The notes: generated by a model from the letters alone, not told the origin. A DNA stretch of 64,000 nucleotides from an uncultured Phycisphaeraceae bacterium (GCA_964588585.1 CAZPPX010000022.1:812-64811), one strand, 5' to 3'; positions 28,409 through 38,289 are shown, numbered from the stretch's first letter. Made by a program: numbers and translations.

Positions 28409-29652
28409 CCACTTCGAGCGCCACCTCGCCCCGCGTAAGCGTCACGTTTATCGACGGCCCGCTTTCGATCGCGCCCTCGCCAAGCAACAGCAGTGGGGGA
28501 GGTCTCACCGGCGTCACCGGCGCATCGCTCTCCTTCGAGGGCCTTGTTCGTCGCGACGAAGCCGGTCGTGCCATCGCCGCGCTTCGCTACGAGGCCTATC
28601 AGCCCATGGCCTCGCGTTTGATGTCCGAACTCGCCGCCGACATCGCGACTCGACACGCCCTTCACGCTATCGCGGTCGAGCACAGCGTCGGACTCGTCCC
28701 CGTCGGCGCACTCTCCTTCCGCCTCACCATGCACTCCGCTCATCGCCGCGAGGCCCTGGCCGCGATGGACGAGTTCATCACCCGCATGAAGCAGGACGTG
28801 CCGATCTGGAAGATGCCGGTTTTCGAATCCATGGGGAGCACTGGCGACGCGGTCAGCCCACCGCGACGCCAGTGGCACCGGGAGCCCCCACCCACCCCCT
28901 CCCCCACCCCCTCCCCCGCTCCCACCCTTCGCATCGCCGAGACCTTCGTCAGCATCCAGGGCGAAGGCCGCTGGACGGGCGTCCCCAGCGCCTTTATCCG
29001 CGTCAGCGGCTGCAATCTCCGGTGCGCTTGGTGCGACACCCCCTACGCCAGCTGGAACCCGGAAGGCCCGACTCGTCCCATCGATGAACTGGCCGCCTGG
29101 GCGGCGACGCAGAAGGGCGTGCGCGACGTGGTCTTCACCGGTGGCGAGCCGATGTTGTTCGACGCGATCGAGCCACTCGCCCGCGCCATCCGCGCCGCCG
29201 GGCTCCGCATCACGATCGAAACTGCCGGCACCATTCACCGCGCGCCAGCGACCGGTGCCGCATCGTCTGGCCTGGCCTGCGACCTCCTCAGCATCAGCCC
29301 CAAACTCGCCAACTCCGCGCCCACGGATGACCCCCGTGACCCCACCGGCACCTGGGCCAAACGCCACGAGGCTGATCGGCTCAACATCCCCACGCTGCAA
29401 CGCCTGCTCAACGACTACTCCAACCGCCAACTCAAGTTCGTCGTCGCCGGGCCCGACGATCTCGCCGAGATCGATGCCCTCCTCGCCCAACTCCACGGCT
29501 GGGCACCCCGCGACATTCTTCTCATGCCCGAAGGCGTCACCCTCGCCCCACCCGGCACGCACGCTTGGATCGTCGAAACGTGCATCGGACGCGGCTGGAT
29601 CTTTTGCCCGCGCCTCCACATCCAACTCTTCGGCAACCGCCGCGGCACCTGA
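28405..29652 (+). CDS. Fusion protein: MoaE (molybdopterin synthase catalytic subunit) + Pro-rich linker + QueE (radical-SAM 7-carboxy-7-deazaguanine synthase)
   Basis: The N-terminal ~150 aa are MoaE-like (GASLSFEGLVRRDE...LRYEAYQPMA...FRLTMHSAHRREALAAMDEFITRMKQDVPIWK). The linker is PPRRQWHREPPPTPSPTPSPAPT. The C-terminal part is QueE-like (ETFVSIQGEGRWTGVPSAFIRVSGCNLRCAWCDTPYA...FTGGEP...LHIQLFGNRRGT). A single frame with no stop. Confidence 0.8.
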   Translation: MTTSSATSPRVSVTFIDGPLSIAPSPSNSSGGGLTGVTGASLSFEGLVRRDEAGRAIAALRYEAYQPMASRLMSELAADIATRHALHAIAVEHSVGLVPVGALSFRLTMHSAHRREALAAMDEFITRMKQDVPIWKMPVFESMGSTGDAVSPPRRQWHREPPPTPSPTPSPAPTLRIAETFVSIQGEGRWTGVPSAFIRVSGCNLRCAWCDTPYASWNPEGPTRPIDELAAWAATQKGVRDVVFTGGEPMLFDAIEPLARAIRAAGLRITIETAGTIHRAPATGAASSGLACDLLSISPKLANSAPTDDPRDPTGTWAKRHEADRLNIPTLQRLLNDYSNRQLKFVVAGPDDLAEIDALLAQLHGWAPRDILLMPEGVTLAPPGTHAWIVETCIGRGWIFCPRLHIQLFGNRRGT

Positions 29653-29656
29653 CCCA

Positions 29657-30139
29657 ATGCCTATGCATACACCCCCACTTCAGACTGGCGACCCCGCGCC
29701 CGACTTCGAGCGCCCAGACCACCTCGGCCACCCGTTCCGCCTTTCCGCGCTTCGCGGCAAGCCTGTCGTGCTCTTCTTCTATCCCAAGGACTTCACCCCC
29801 GCGTGCACCGCGCAGGCCTGCTCGTTTCGTGATGCGTACGAAAACTTCGCCCGCGCCGGTGCCGAGGTCGTCGGGATCAGCACCGGCTCCACCGGCACCC
29901 ACGCCTCCTTCGCCCAGCGCCTCGCGCTCCCCTTCCGCCTCATCGTCGACGACGGCTCTATCCGCGCCCTCTTCCGCGTCCCCCGTTCCCTGGGCCTCTT
30001 CCCAGGCCGCGTCACCTACGTCCTCGACTATGCCGGCATCATCAGGCTGATCTTCAACAGCCAATGGCGCATCCAGTCGCACATCCAAGAAGCCCTGACC
30101 ATCATCAAATCACTCGCCACAGCACGCGCGCCTGAGTGA
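29657..30139 (+). CDS. bcp: Peroxiredoxin, BCP type
   Basis: GDPAPDFERPDHLGHPFRLSALRGKPVVLFFYPKDFTPACTAQACSFRD. Confidence 0.85.
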   Translation: MPMHTPPLQTGDPAPDFERPDHLGHPFRLSALRGKPVVLFFYPKDFTPACTAQACSFRDAYENFARAGAEVVGISTGSTGTHASFAQRLALPFRLIVDDGSIRALFRVPRSLGLFPGRVTYVLDYAGIIRLIFNSQWRIQSHIQEALTIIKSLATARAPE

Positions 30140-30157
30140 TTGTCCACACGTCGCGCA

Positions 30158-31738
30158 TCAACCCCCCGCGCTCCCCTCGCCGCCGGGCAGCGTCATGCTC
30201 CACGGGTTGAGCGCCTCATCCAGCATCTTCGCCGTCACTGCTCGGCCATCAAGACCCGCCTGGCCTACCACCGTTTCCATCGCCAGTTGACGAACGGTCT
30301 TGCCCTGTTTGAAGGCTTCCTTCGCCAGCGCGGCCGAGCGGTCGTAGCCGATCACCGGCACCAAACTGGTGCACATCGCCAGCGAGCCTTCGATGAGCGC
30401 GGCGCACCGGGCCTTGTCCGGCTGCAGGCCCTTCAGCAGGTTCTCGCGGAACATGTCGCAACCCTTGGCCAGCAGCGCGATCGACTCCAGCAGATTCCGC
30501 GCGATCAGCGGCATCGCGACGTTCAGATCCAGCGTCGAGTTCAGCGCCCCGAGGTTGCCAAACGTCACCGCTGCGTCGTTGCCGATCACCTGCCCGCACA
30601 CCATGATGAGCGCTTCGCAGATCACCGGGTTCACTTTCCCGGGCATGATCGATGAACCCGGCTGCACGGCAGGAATGATCAGTTCGCCGATGCCGCAACG
30701 CGGGCCCATGCCCATGAGACGGATGTCGCCGGCGATCTTGGTCAGACTCGTCGCGATGGTCTTGAGTTGCCCGCTCGCCTCGACGCACGCGTCCTTGGCG
30801 TGCTGGGCCTCGAAGTGATTGGTCGCTGCGCGGAAGGGAACACCCGTCGCCTTGGCCAGTTTGCCGCACACGAGACGGTCAAAATCCTCGTGCGCGTTGA
30901 TCCCCGTGCCCACCGCGGTACCGCCGATCGGCAACTCGCACAACGCCTTGAGCGCGTCGGCCAAGCGACGCCGCCCGTGCGCCATCTGGGCCGCGAACCC
31001 GCTGAACTCCTGCCCCAGGCGGATCGGCGTCGCGTCCTGGAGGTGCGTACGGCCGATCTTCACGATCGAATCCCACGCCTTGGCCTGGCCTGCCAGCGTC
31101 TTCTCCATCGCCTCCAGCGCGGGGGCCAGGTCGCGTGTGATCGCCAGTGCCGCCGCGATGTGGATCGCACTCGGGAACGTGTCGTTGCTCGACTGCCCCA
31201 TGTTCACATGGTCATTCGGGTGCACGCCGCCACTCTTGAGATACGCCGCGTCCTTGGACGACCCGATGGGCATCCCCCGCGCCAGGCACACGAGGTTGGC
31301 GATCACCTCGTTGGCGTTCATGTTCGTGCTGGTGCCGCTGCCGGTCTGGAAGACGTCGATGGGGAAGTGCGTCGCCCATCCGCCCTGGTCCACCAGCCCC
31401 CCGGCGATCTGCTCGCACGCCGCCGCGATCAGACCGGTGCGCGACTTGTCCAGCCGCTTGAGGTCGAAGTTCACCTGCGCGCACGCCTTCTTCAGAATCG
31501 CGTACGCCTCGATCACCCCCCACGGCACCGGCTGCCCCGACACCGGAAAATTCAGCACCGCCCGCTGCGTCGACGCGCCGTATAGCACGCTGGCCGGCAC
31601 GGCCATCTCGCCCATGGTGTCTTTTTCGATGCGGGTGCTTTTCGGGGCCGCGCCGGTAATCGCTGACGCGTGTCCGTTGCGGACGGCGCGGCTGGCTGCA
31701 GGCTCGGAACGAGTCTTTTGTGCTGCTTTTCGAGGCAT
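30158..31738 (-). CDS. fumC: Class II fumarate hydratase / aspartase-family lyase, fumarase-like
   Basis: TRIEKDTMGEMAVPASVLYGASTQRA, QTGSGTSTNMNANEVIAN, GSSIMPGKVNPVICEALIMVCGQVIGND. The CEAL..QV.GND context resembles FumC more than AspA. There is a basic N-terminal extension of about 38 aa. Confidence 0.8.
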   Translation of the reverse strand: MPRKAAQKTRSEPAASRAVRNGHASAITGAAPKSTRIEKDTMGEMAVPASVLYGASTQRAVLNFPVSGQPVPWGVIEAYAILKKACAQVNFDLKRLDKSRTGLIAAACEQIAGGLVDQGGWATHFPIDVFQTGSGTSTNMNANEVIANLVCLARGMPIGSSKDAAYLKSGGVHPNDHVNMGQSSNDTFPSAIHIAAALAITRDLAPALEAMEKTLAGQAKAWDSIVKIGRTHLQDATPIRLGQEFSGFAAQMAHGRRRLADALKALCELPIGGTAVGTGINAHEDFDRLVCGKLAKATGVPFRAATNHFEAQHAKDACVEASGQLKTIATSLTKIAGDIRLMGMGPRCGIGELIIPAVQPGSSIMPGKVNPVICEALIMVCGQVIGNDAAVTFGNLGALNSTLDLNVAMPLIARNLLESIALLAKGCDMFRENLLKGLQPDKARCAALIEGSLAMCTSLVPVIGYDRSAALAKEAFKQGKTVRQLAMETVVGQAGLDGRAVTAKMLDEALNPWSMTLPGGEGSAGG

Positions 31739-32070
31739 CAATCGTCTCCGATGGCGCGGCCTGCGCCGACCGGACGAGGATAGACGCCGAGTTTCGCTTG
31801 GGCACTTTTTGATGGCGTGGCGTGCTCGTTCCCGACGCGCGCCAGAATCGGCCGTGTGGTCCGATCCCAGTCCCCGAGCACGCGCGAATCGATCACGCGA
31901 AGGTTGCCGCTTACGAGGGCGTGATCGAGTCGTTTCCGGAGCACCCATCGCAACACGCCGATTCGAGGCCAGGTCGTGCCCCGACGCCATCCAGCGATCG
32001 CCTGCGCATCCACAAGCCCCTGCGCGAGTAGGTGCGGGGGCTTTCGGAGCGTTCTAAGGTCGTTGGGCAC
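31738..32070 (-). pseudogene. Possible remnant of the C-terminus of an endonuclease/exonuclease/phosphatase (EEP)-fold gene
   Basis: The 110-aa ORF contains KRLDHALVSGNLRVIDSRVLGDWDRTTRPILA, reminiscent of the EEP C-terminal RIDhILVS...SDHxP motif but degenerate. Its stop overlaps the fumC ATG (TGATG). Third-position GC looks lower than in neighbouring genes. Confidence 0.3.
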
Positions 32071-32106
32071 TGCGTGGGCATATTCTGCGACTGACGCGGC
32101 TGATGC

Positions 32107-34851
32107 TTGATACGCTCGTGCGTGACATCGCTCTTTGCCTCCAGTGATGCTAAGGGCAAGCCGCCGGGTGAGCGCGAACGGGGTGGTTGTCGCTTTGCGC
32201 TGGTGGCGGTGGAGCGCGGGATTGAGCGCGTGCCGGTGAAGCGGCAGGGCCGTCCGGGCCTTGAAGCGCCGTCGAGCGAAGGCAACACGGCGTCACCAAA
32301 GTCAACAACCTCGCCATCAGCCGAACCAACTCCCCCCGCCGAAGTTGACGGCACATTGGCGTACCGAGCCGAAGACCCCGCGCTCGCGCTGGGTGATCGC
32401 GTCCGCGTGCCGCTGGGGCGAGCCAACAAGCCTGCTGAAGGCATCGTCATTCGTCTCGGCGGTGCCGAGCTGCTCGACGGCCTCGACCCTAACCGCGTGA
32501 AAGGGATCATCAGTCGCACCGGGGTGGCGATCGCGCCTGACCTGCTCGACCTGGCCGCGTGGATGGCCAAGTACTACGTCTGCCCGCTGGGCATGGTGCT
32601 CGCGTCCATGATGCCCGCTGCCGTGAAACGCGGGGCTGGTGTCCGCAAGGTGGAGGTTGTTTCGCCCGTTTCGCCCGAGCAGGCCCGGTCCGTTCTCGAA
32701 GGGCCGAGTTCGCCCAAACTCTCGCCCGCGCTTCGCCGCGCGTGGGACGCGATCGCGGCGCGGCCTGTATCGGATTTTCCACAGACGCCTCGCGCGCTCG
32801 AAACGGCGATGCGGGAAGCCCACGAGGAGGATGCGACCAAACCCAAGGTCACGCGTGCGGCGATCGCGCGGCTGGTGGCGGCTGGCCTGCTCATCGCGAC
32901 CACGCAGACTGTTCTGCCCGGCAGCCCTGCCGACGCGCCGTCACTCGAATCCGATGCGGGCAGGTCTGTGCCGCAGCCCACGTCCGAGCAGCAAGCCGTG
33001 ATCGACGGCATCATCGGCACGCTTGGCCGATTTGCCGTGCACCTGATCCAGGGCGTCACGGGCTCAGGCAAGACGGAGGTCTACCTGCGCGCCATTGCCG
33101 AGTGCCTGCGACGGGGCCAGCGCGCCATCGTGCTGGTTCCGGAGATCGCCCTCACGCCCCAGACCAGCGGGCGATTCATCGAGCGCTTTGCACGAGGCGG
33201 CGCAGGCAGTAGCGGCACGGTGGCGGTGCTGCATTCGGGCCTCACCGCCAACCAGCGGCACGCCCAGTGGGCCGCGTGTGCCGCCGGGCATGTCCGTGTC
33301 GTGGTCGGTGCGCGCTCGGCCGTTTTCGCGCCCCTTGCCGAGCTGGGCTTGATCGTCGTGGATGAGGAGCACGACGGGTCGTATAAGCAGGACCAGTTGC
33401 CCCGTTACCACGCGCGCGATGTCGCGATCAAGCGGGCGAGCCTCAACGGTGGCTGCCCGGTGGTCCTGGGCTCAGCGACGCCCTCGCTGGAGAGTTACGC
33501 GAACGCGCGGGGGGTGGCGTCAAGAACTGATGGCTCCGATTCCCCAGGAACTCAAGGTGGTTCGGTCGCCGCTGGCGCGTCGAACACAGGCGGGACGCGT
33601 GTGCCACCCAAGACCGGTGCGTCGCCAGCCAAGTTCACGTTGTGGACGCTTGCCCGTCGCGTGGGCGGTGCGGCGCTGCCGCGGGTCGAGATCGTGGACA
33701 TGGTGGAAGAACGCCGGGCCCGAACGGCCGGCGGCGGCTGGCGCGACCACCATCTGCACTTGCTGGGCCCGAAACTTGAGGCCGCGCTCGATCGCACGCT
33801 TGCCGAGGGCGGCCAGGCGATTCTGCTCCTCAACAAGCGTGGCTACGCCAACCACATCTGCTGCCCCGACCCGCGCTGCGGCTGGGTCATGCACTGCGAT
33901 CAGTGCGATGTCACGATGGTCTTTCACCTCGCGCAGCGCTTCGACGGCTCGGCCGGCGTGCAGCGATCATCCAGTCCGCGTGGCGTCGGCCAGCGCCGCC
34001 CGGGCTATGTCCGCTGCCACCACTGCCAGGCCGAGCAGATGCTGCCCAAGTCCTGCCCGCAGTGCGATCGGAACATCAACACCTTTGGCCAGGGCACGCA
34101 GCGCGTGGAGGAAGAACTCGAACGGAAGTTCGCGCTCACGAGGAATCTCCGCACGGGGGACACGATGCTCCGCGTGGATGCCGACACCATGCGTTCCGCC
34201 GCCGACTACTTTGATGCGCTCGACCGCTTTGCCAGGGGCGATGTGCGCGTGCTGCTGGGCACGCAGATGATTGCCAAGGGGCTCGACTTCCCCAACGTGC
34301 GTCTCGTGGGCGTGGTGAATGCCGACACCGCGCTGGCGCTGCCCGATTTCCGCGCCAGCGAACGCACGTTTCAACTTGTGAGCCAGGTGGCTGGCCGCGC
34401 GGGCCGGGGCAAAGAGCCCGGGCTCGTCATCGTACAGACCCTTAGCCCGCGTGCCCCGGCGATCGTCCGGGCAAGCCGGCACGATTTCGAGGGCTTCGCA
34501 CGGGAGGAACTTGCGCTGCGAGCCCGTGTCGGCTTGCCGCCAGCAGGCCGAATGGCGCGCGTCGTCTGCCGACATGAGGACCACACCAAGGCCCTTGCGG
34601 CCGCTTTGGCGGTGCACGCGGCGCTGGCCGAAGCGATCGCAGCCCTGGGCACAAGCGCTGGCCACACGCGCCTCAGGCCGCCGGTGCCCTGCGCCATTTC
34701 ACGCATCGCAGGCCAACATCGATTCGCGATCGAGCTGCTCGCCCAGACGCGTGGGGTGATCCAGGCCGTGCTGGCGCGGGTTCGCGGCGAGGGTCTGCTG
34801 AAGAGCGATGCGCGAACCGCAGTCGACGTCGATCCCCTCGCGCTGCTGTGA
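32107..34851 (+). CDS. priA: Primosomal protein N' (replication restart helicase)
   Basis: GVTGSGKTEVYLRAI, LVPEIALTPQ, VVDEEHDGSYKQ, GSATPSLES and a Cys-rich zinc region (CPDPRCGWVMHCDQCD...CHHCQ...CPQCD). TTG start at 32107 is uncertain. Low-complexity insertions are present. Confidence 0.9.
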   Translation: MIRSCVTSLFASSDAKGKPPGERERGGCRFALVAVERGIERVPVKRQGRPGLEAPSSEGNTASPKSTTSPSAEPTPPAEVDGTLAYRAEDPALALGDRVRVPLGRANKPAEGIVIRLGGAELLDGLDPNRVKGIISRTGVAIAPDLLDLAAWMAKYYVCPLGMVLASMMPAAVKRGAGVRKVEVVSPVSPEQARSVLEGPSSPKLSPALRRAWDAIAARPVSDFPQTPRALETAMREAHEEDATKPKVTRAAIARLVAAGLLIATTQTVLPGSPADAPSLESDAGRSVPQPTSEQQAVIDGIIGTLGRFAVHLIQGVTGSGKTEVYLRAIAECLRRGQRAIVLVPEIALTPQTSGRFIERFARGGAGSSGTVAVLHSGLTANQRHAQWAACAAGHVRVVVGARSAVFAPLAELGLIVVDEEHDGSYKQDQLPRYHARDVAIKRASLNGGCPVVLGSATPSLESYANARGVASRTDGSDSPGTQGGSVAAGASNTGGTRVPPKTGASPAKFTLWTLARRVGGAALPRVEIVDMVEERRARTAGGGWRDHHLHLLGPKLEAALDRTLAEGGQAILLLNKRGYANHICCPDPRCGWVMHCDQCDVTMVFHLAQRFDGSAGVQRSSSPRGVGQRRPGYVRCHHCQAEQMLPKSCPQCDRNINTFGQGTQRVEEELERKFALTRNLRTGDTMLRVDADTMRSAADYFDALDRFARGDVRVLLGTQMIAKGLDFPNVRLVGVVNADTALALPDFRASERTFQLVSQVAGRAGRGKEPGLVIVQTLSPRAPAIVRASRHDFEGFAREELALRARVGLPPAGRMARVVCRHEDHTKALAAALAVHAALAEAIAALGTSAGHTRLRPPVPCAISRIAGQHRFAIELLAQTRGVIQAVLARVRGEGLLKSDARTAVDVDPLALL

Positions 34852-34867
34852 GCGCGTGCTGGTCTGG

Positions 34868-34917
34868 CCACCCTCCCCCGCTCCCAGGGGGAGGTGCCGA
34901 GCGAAGCGGTGGGGGCC
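34868..34917 (-). repeat. GC-rich palindromic element, family 1 (inverted copy)
   Basis: CCACCCTCCCCCGCTCCCAGGGGGAGGTGCCGAGCGAAGCGGTGGGGGCC. Its reverse complement aligns with the copies at 58652..58710 and 61947..62010. Lies between convergent genes. Confidence 0.75.
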
Positions 34918-34927
34918 ACCGCGAAGG

Positions 34928-35554
34928 TCACACCCCTTCAGCCCGCTCAACCACCCGCCCGCCGACATCCTTGGCCAGTTGCACGATCACCTTGCGCGCT
35001 GATTCTTCAACGCTCTTCACCGAGCGCCGCCACGCCGACCACAGCGCCCAGGGCACGAATGGTGCGGTCATCGGGATGTACCAGTACCAGGTGTATTGCC
35101 ACGCGCTCGATGTGGAGAAGGTCGACGCGATGAGCGATTCGGTCAGCACCACCCCTGGCCACACCGTCAGCACCATGATGGCCGCGGCGATCCAGAACAT
35201 TGTGGGCCTCACCTGCGGCTCAAAACGCAGACGCGTTTCACCCGGCGTGCTACCGGGTACGACCGCCGCGATCACGATGCCCTCAAAGGGCGAACCGATG
35301 GCTGTGGCACTGAACGCGCCTTCACCGCCACCATTTCCACCTAACGCGAACCCAGCCAACCGGCCCTTGCGCGCGACCGCATCCAGCGTCGCGATCAGCC
35401 GTTCGCCAGGCACGGGCACAATCGCATCAGGCAGCGTGGTCATGTCGGTGTTCAGCGCATGTGGTAACGCAGGAACCGCGCAACCCTCACCCGAAGGCGC
35501 TGACGGCGCTTCCTCCTCCCCCACGGCGGCGGACTGCACGGCGCTCATGACCAT
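34928..35554 (-). CDS. Hypothetical membrane protein
   Basis: Soluble N-terminal part, then two hydrophobic/aromatic helices (MFWIAAAIMVLTVWPGVVL; WYWYIPMTAPFVPWALW). No recognised domain. Confidence 0.5.
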   Translation of the reverse strand: MVMSAVQSAAVGEEEAPSAPSGEGCAVPALPHALNTDMTTLPDAIVPVPGERLIATLDAVARKGRLAGFALGGNGGGEGAFSATAIGSPFEGIVIAAVVPGSTPGETRLRFEPQVRPTMFWIAAAIMVLTVWPGVVLTESLIASTFSTSSAWQYTWYWYIPMTAPFVPWALWSAWRRSVKSVEESARKVIVQLAKDVGGRVVERAEGV

Positions 35555-35611
35555 CCTCCTTACGCTATCGACTCCTCAGGGTTGCGGTCCCGCATTCGGG
35601 GCGTGAAATGA

Positions 35612-36391
35612 TTGTGCAAATCAGGCTCTCACCCGTGTTCAGACGGCCCCAGACGCCCCAGAACCGTCCGGATCCGATCCGGCTCTCAACCGGTCCCACT
35701 CAACTTTGTGGGCCTCTTTGCCCATTGTGGCGCACCCGGCCGCCTGGCACGCCGTATGCCCTTATGCTCGTTCGACCGCCCGATGCACTTCCAACGGCCT
35801 CCAGATCGATCCAAAGACCGCCCGGTGTTGAGACTCGTCAACACTAGCGGTGCCGCCGCGCGTCGCGCGTCTCCGACAGGCAACACATCTCACCCTGCCC
35901 CCGCCCCGGCACACCCGCATCAGGCCAACGGGTCGGTTGCCGCCCGACGTGAATCCGTTCTCCGCGCCGCTCCGGCCAGCCGCGCCCAGAAAGATCGCGA
36001 GGCCGAGGCCCGTCATCGCATCGGCGTCGCCCGCGAAACCACCCTGGCTTCAGGCATGAGCGCCGGCGACGCCCGCTGGGTGCTGGCGCGTCGCGTCGCT
36101 GAGCAACTCGAAGGCGGCACCGCCGCCATCCTGACCCCCGAACGCCGCTCCCGTCTGCTCGCGACGGCACGCCGCGTGGGCCTTCGCGATTTCGACGCCA
36201 ACCTGGTCATTGCGCTCGTGCAAGACGGCCGCCGCACAGGCCGCGGCGCATTGAACCCGAACGTGGAGCGGGCCCTCACGCTCATCCGGCCGGCTGATGG
36301 GAATCCAGAAGATCGCTCCCTGCTCAGAATGCTGATCGCTGCCAGTGCGCTCGGTGCCATGATGGCGGTCGTGCTCGCGCGGTGGCTCTAA
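35612..36391 (+). CDS. Hypothetical protein with a C-terminal TM anchor; the true start is probably well downstream of 35612
   Basis: The convincing coding part runs from about 35950 onward (MSAGDARWVLARRVAEQLEGG...RMLIAASALGAMMAVVLARWL). Confidence 0.4.
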   Translation: MCKSGSHPCSDGPRRPRTVRIRSGSQPVPLNFVGLFAHCGAPGRLARRMPLCSFDRPMHFQRPPDRSKDRPVLRLVNTSGAAARRASPTGNTSHPAPAPAHPHQANGSVAARRESVLRAAPASRAQKDREAEARHRIGVARETTLASGMSAGDARWVLARRVAEQLEGGTAAILTPERRSRLLATARRVGLRDFDANLVIALVQDGRRTGRGALNPNVERALTLIRPADGNPEDRSLLRMLIAASALGAMMAVVLARWL

Positions 36392-36461
36392 CGAGCCTGT
36401 GGGAGTGCTCCGCGGTGGCTGCATCGAGAATCGGGTCACCTTGCGACGCTCGCCGAACACA

Positions 36462-38225
36462 TCACTTTGGCGAATCGAGCGGCGCAGGGTTCTCGGGCAG
36501 AGGCGCAGAAGCATTTAATGGAACCGGCACCGGCGCCTCCGCCTTCACCAGTTCCTCTCGCGCCGGGCGAATCTTGGCCAAACTGTCGGCGGAGATGACG
36601 TAGTACCAATCGGCAAATCGCCTGCCCAGTGTGTCGGCCCGCTTTTTGCCGTTGTCGAGTTTCGACTTCCATCCCGCGACCGCAGACTCATGCTGTTGAC
36701 GCAACGCCAGCAGTTCGGTCGATTCCTTGGGTGGTTCGGGCTTCGCCGCCGCGTCGGGTGGAGTCGCATCGGTGGGCTTCGCTAGGATCGCGACTTCCCC
36801 CTCGGCGGGCGGCGCGGCCGGAGTTGGGGAGGCCGCGGGAGTGGCTGGCCCTTCCGGCGCGGCCTCACTTGGCTTCGCCGCTTCGAACGCCGCCTTCGCC
36901 GCGGCGAACGCTTCCTCCGCCTTCACGAGCGCTTCGGGCTTCTTGGGTTCAGGAACCAGCGTGGGCTCGTGCGCCACGGTGATCATCAGGTACCGCGCGT
37001 TGCTGGGCGATCTGGCAGACGAATCCTCGGCGCTTGCAGGGTTGCCAGTCGCGCTTTCGCCACCCACTTGCCCGCCGCTCGCGGCATCTTCGCCATCGGG
37101 CACCACCTCGCCGAACCAGAGCGAGTAGACCACGCCGTCGTTGCAGCGCACGGCCATCTGGCCCTCGTTGGCGAGCAGGCGGCCGTTCTGGGCCAGATAA
37201 AACCCGCGCGATCCGAGGCTGATCTGGTCGGGCACAGTCAGTTTGGCCTCTGCCGAAGAGCCCGAGAGCGCCTTGGCGAGGTTAGCAGGCTTGGGCCGAA
37301 CGCCCACGATCCGCAGGCCGGTGAGGCCCGCGATGGCTTCGTCCACGCGTGGCTGATTGATGACTTCGCCCGGCCCCGGTCCCCCGCCCGGCTGGGCGGT
37401 CAACTGCCAGGTCACGGGCGTGTCAGCGGGATTCGGGGGGGGTGTGCCGGGTGTCGGTACCGGTGGCGGTGGCGCTTCGGGGCGAGTGAGCGTCACCGAG
37501 CGCGGCTCATCGGTCATGCCACGGGCTTCGTCCACGCGATAGCGATCGATGTCGATGCCGGCAATCTGGTCGCCCGTGGCCTGCAGAAGGTCGGCCTGCA
37601 CCCAGTCGATGAACTTGGTGCTGAAACCGGTAGCCAGTGTGGTGATGTAGACGCGGTTGCTCCCCGCCTCGCGCACATAGCGCTTGTTCGAGGGGCCGCT
37701 GTCGAACGGGCTGCCCGAATCGACCTTGGTGGGGGCCTTGCCGATGATGAGGTCGGCGACGGGCTGACCGCTGGCATCACGAAGCGTGACGCGGGTGCCG
37801 AAGCCGCTGCTGGCCGCCGCGAGACTCGATTCCTCGCCCGCGGGTTCGAGCACACCCAGGTTCGCGTGCGCGTTCTTGTCGTCGGTGACGACGCGCTCTT
37901 TCACAAGGCCCGCGAACGCGGAGGCGGAGGCCGCGACTTTGTCCGCGGCATCGGCCGGATAGCCCGAGTGCGAGGGAATCACCCAGCGCTTGCCGTCAAA
38001 GGCCACTTTGAACGCGCGCCGTTTCGCGGCCTGCGCGTCGAAGGAGATCACTTCCAGGCTCTTCACCGCCAGCGGGTCAGTCAACCTGGGCGTCAGGGGC
38101 TGGCCCTGGTCAGAGATCAGCGCGGGTGTGCCCGCGACCGGGCGCGTGAAATACACCACGCCCGCCAGTGCGCCCGCTGCCGCGACAAGCCCGAGTGTTT
38201 TCGTGAAGTCGTTCATAGTCGTCAT
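36462..38225 (-). CDS. DUF4340-like protein (accessory component of GldG-type ABC systems)
   Basis: N-terminal anchor MNDFTKTLGLVAAAGALAGVVYF. FDGKRWVIPSHSGYPADA... Last gene of the ABC operon. Pro/Ala-rich C-terminal part. Confidence 0.65.
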   Translation of the reverse strand: MTTMNDFTKTLGLVAAAGALAGVVYFTRPVAGTPALISDQGQPLTPRLTDPLAVKSLEVISFDAQAAKRRAFKVAFDGKRWVIPSHSGYPADAADKVAASASAFAGLVKERVVTDDKNAHANLGVLEPAGEESSLAAASSGFGTRVTLRDASGQPVADLIIGKAPTKVDSGSPFDSGPSNKRYVREAGSNRVYITTLATGFSTKFIDWVQADLLQATGDQIAGIDIDRYRVDEARGMTDEPRSVTLTRPEAPPPPVPTPGTPPPNPADTPVTWQLTAQPGGGPGPGEVINQPRVDEAIAGLTGLRIVGVRPKPANLAKALSGSSAEAKLTVPDQISLGSRGFYLAQNGRLLANEGQMAVRCNDGVVYSLWFGEVVPDGEDAASGGQVGGESATGNPASAEDSSARSPSNARYLMITVAHEPTLVPEPKKPEALVKAEEAFAAAKAAFEAAKPSEAAPEGPATPAASPTPAAPPAEGEVAILAKPTDATPPDAAAKPEPPKESTELLALRQQHESAVAGWKSKLDNGKKRADTLGRRFADWYYVISADSLAKIRPAREELVKAEAPVPVPLNASAPLPENPAPLDSPK

Positions 38226-38289
38226 CCGTCGGTTCAAACCGCCATCAGAAATCGTCGTCAATCCACTCGTTCACTTGGTCATCGACTCA

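Noticed and set aside
29084-29656. N-terminal 191 aa of ORF 29084..30139
   Set aside because: An alternate frame of queE. Only the last 160 aa (bcp, from 29657) show a peroxiredoxin signature.
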